The translations under genes and the position numbers were made by a program. A stretch of DNA of 64,000 nt from Antedon mediterranea (Eukaryota > Animalia > Echinodermata): positions 26,088,795-26,152,794 of the forward strand of contig NC_092670.1 of NCBI RefSeq assembly GCF_964355755.1, in the 5' to 3' direction. This document shows positions 61,841 through 64,000 of the stretch, in pieces; the first letter of the stretch is position 1, and every line of letters starts with the position of its first letter. The notes beneath the pieces were generated by a model, which worked only from the letters and a program-made list of their open reading frames with translations, made no database searches and had not been told where the DNA came from.

Positions 61841-64000
61841 TATTGTTTTGCTAGTGTTGATTTATTGTTTATAATGTTTATTGAGTTATATGTCGTCCTT
61901 TTAGGTTTAGGTATCCTGGTTTCTTTTCAGCCTGCTCTGATCTTTATTATTTGCTCTTGTTTTGTTCGTTTCGAGTAGATATTAGATAGAAATAAACTTT
62001 CCAATTAGCATATTTAAATTACCATATGATTTAACTATGATGTTATAAGATAGTTATTGGCATTATTCTAAGGGGAAAATATAGAAACCGAGGAAAAGAT
62101 GTTTTAAATGTCATAAAAATAGTAGAACTTTTATCACGTCCAGGTTAAAATCAGTTCGCCCACCCTTCACAACATGCAATAGGATATTCCAGTTAATTTT
62201 CTGCAACTACATCTTTTTATAAATGCAATCTCATATATATTTAAAAAAAAGAGATTCTTAAGTCTGTAATGAGTCTGGGGGTTTAATAATTCGACCCCAT
62301 CCTAAATATGGAGTTGGTTCACAGTTTCCCATCCAAAGTACTTTACTGGCTTTTCTGTTGTTAATTTTGGACTGAAAAGTTCTTGCTTTGAATATAATTC
62401 ATCACTCTTGTTTCTTTGCAAGTGCAGAGAGTTACAAAGATGTTGCAAATTTGCTTCTTAAGATGTTTTCTTTAACTCCCGATTATTCCACTACTGTTTG
62501 GTAATTATTACCCATTGAGATATAAAAAATACGTAAAGCAATTTTTCCCCCAGACAGTAACCAAACATCTACTATAACACTAAGATTTAAGTGCGTGAAG
62601 GAACGAATAATTCCACTTTAACAATACGAAAATACTCATGACAGCAACTTCAATTTCTAAGTTGGCACAGACAGTAGCTCATGGACAAGATTCTTTTTTA
62701 TTGGAACTGTACACATTCGGATACATTCATGACAGCTACAACTTTATCCTGTTAGCTTCTGAATTTTCTTGATTATTAATACACACTCACTTGAGTGGAC
62801 AATATCCATTTGCAAGCACAAAATCACTTATACTTCGTCAAAGTGACGATTAAATTCAAGATTATTTTTGTTTTTAAAGGTTATTCTGTATTTTGAAACC
62901 ATTGATGTTTTAAAGGGCTTCTTTTCAAGATAATGGACTTCTTTTCGAGAATCTATTTGAATATCAAAAGAACAAAAGTTATTTATATCATACATTTATT
63001 TCCAGTTTAAATGGTAGTTTGATCACGATAAACAAAAAACACTCCATTTCATTTAGACTATTTTCTTTTACTCTTAAAACTTCTAGCGAAGGTAACATTC
63101 TCTTTAAAAAAAACTTAATACCATATGCCTGTGCATATAAACGATATTGGTCGTATTTGATGACAATGTCTCTAAAACCCTGTCTTAATGGTATGCTACT
63201 TTGATAATCTAAATAATTACACTGTACAATTAACCTTAAAATATTCACGATTTTACGAATTCTCCTTCTAAAACATGTCTATGTATAATTACAGCTAAAC
63301 TGGTGTATTTTAAAAAACTATCTTAAAATGTAATTGTTTTTCTCGATGCCATTAGTCGAACTAGGATTGCTAATTTCTGTATGTACTTCCAAACAGGGTA
63401 TTATAAGTCATAAAAGTTAACATTGTCCCACCAACAACTCGGTTACATAGAGTATCCTTTTCAACGAAAGCACTCGTTAGAGCATTACATGACATAAAAG
63501 AGGCACGGTAAACATCTTTTCTTTGCAAAATATATTGATATATGTCATCCATGTCTGACGACTCCACAAAAATGCAATGATGGATCGCCAAGTACGTTGG
63601 TCTTCAGTTATACTGTAACCCCATGGGCCTACTATAACATGCAATTTGAAAAAATAGTGCTTTTATTTGAAAGAATAGTGCTTTTACTAAACGAACTTGC
63701 TTTAGTTATTCCTCTTTAGGGTTAATCTGTGAGTTATAATACAATGTATTTGGAGTCCCCGGGTAAATTTACAGGATAGGCCTAGGACCCGGCAGCAATA
63801 TTGATTATTGAATCGTGGCCATATATCTACATAATCAGCCCATCAAACCTTTTGTGGCTTTTCACATGAATAAATTCTCTGGACGCCTGATCTATATCTA
63901 AAAAAGCAGCCCAAAGTGAAACTGCATTGCAATTGCAAACAGAGATTTTTCTTTTTTAAACGGTCATATATGATGAGGAGATCAAAATTTGAACAGTCAC

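Noticed and set aside
62000-64000. Short ORFs suggesting a decayed coding region (considered a KDZ-type transposase or viral relic)
   Set aside because: Frequent stops in all frames and motif spacing did not fit any family I can recognise; needs tBLASTx/HMM search

Overview
AT-rich, intron-rich animal genomic DNA, probably an invertebrate deuterostome such as an echinoderm (inference from protein similarity, intron positions and TE content). It holds two divergently transcribed host genes: a complete 10-coding-exon DCAF13/SOF1 gene (+, 42923..57959, 1338 nt, 445 aa) and the first two coding exons of a RIM/RIMS (unc-10) gene (-, 30796..30684 and 10886..10679) that runs off the left edge. The rest is a dense patchwork of transposon relics: CR1/L2-group, RTE, Rex1 and L2 LINE fragments, a tRNA-SINE, Penelope pieces with minimal hammerhead ribozymes, a Gypsy gag/protease relic, a Tigger transposase relic, many MITEs with readable TIRs/TSDs, and minisatellites. 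The most unusual observation lies in RIMS intron 1: the C-terminus of a Tc1-like transposase is followed 26 nt after its stop by a replication-dependent histone-mRNA-type 3' end (16-nt stem-loop, ACCAC, purine-rich downstream element), tail-to-tail with a decayed BEN-domain gene. All family assignments come from reading motifs by eye; no searches were run.
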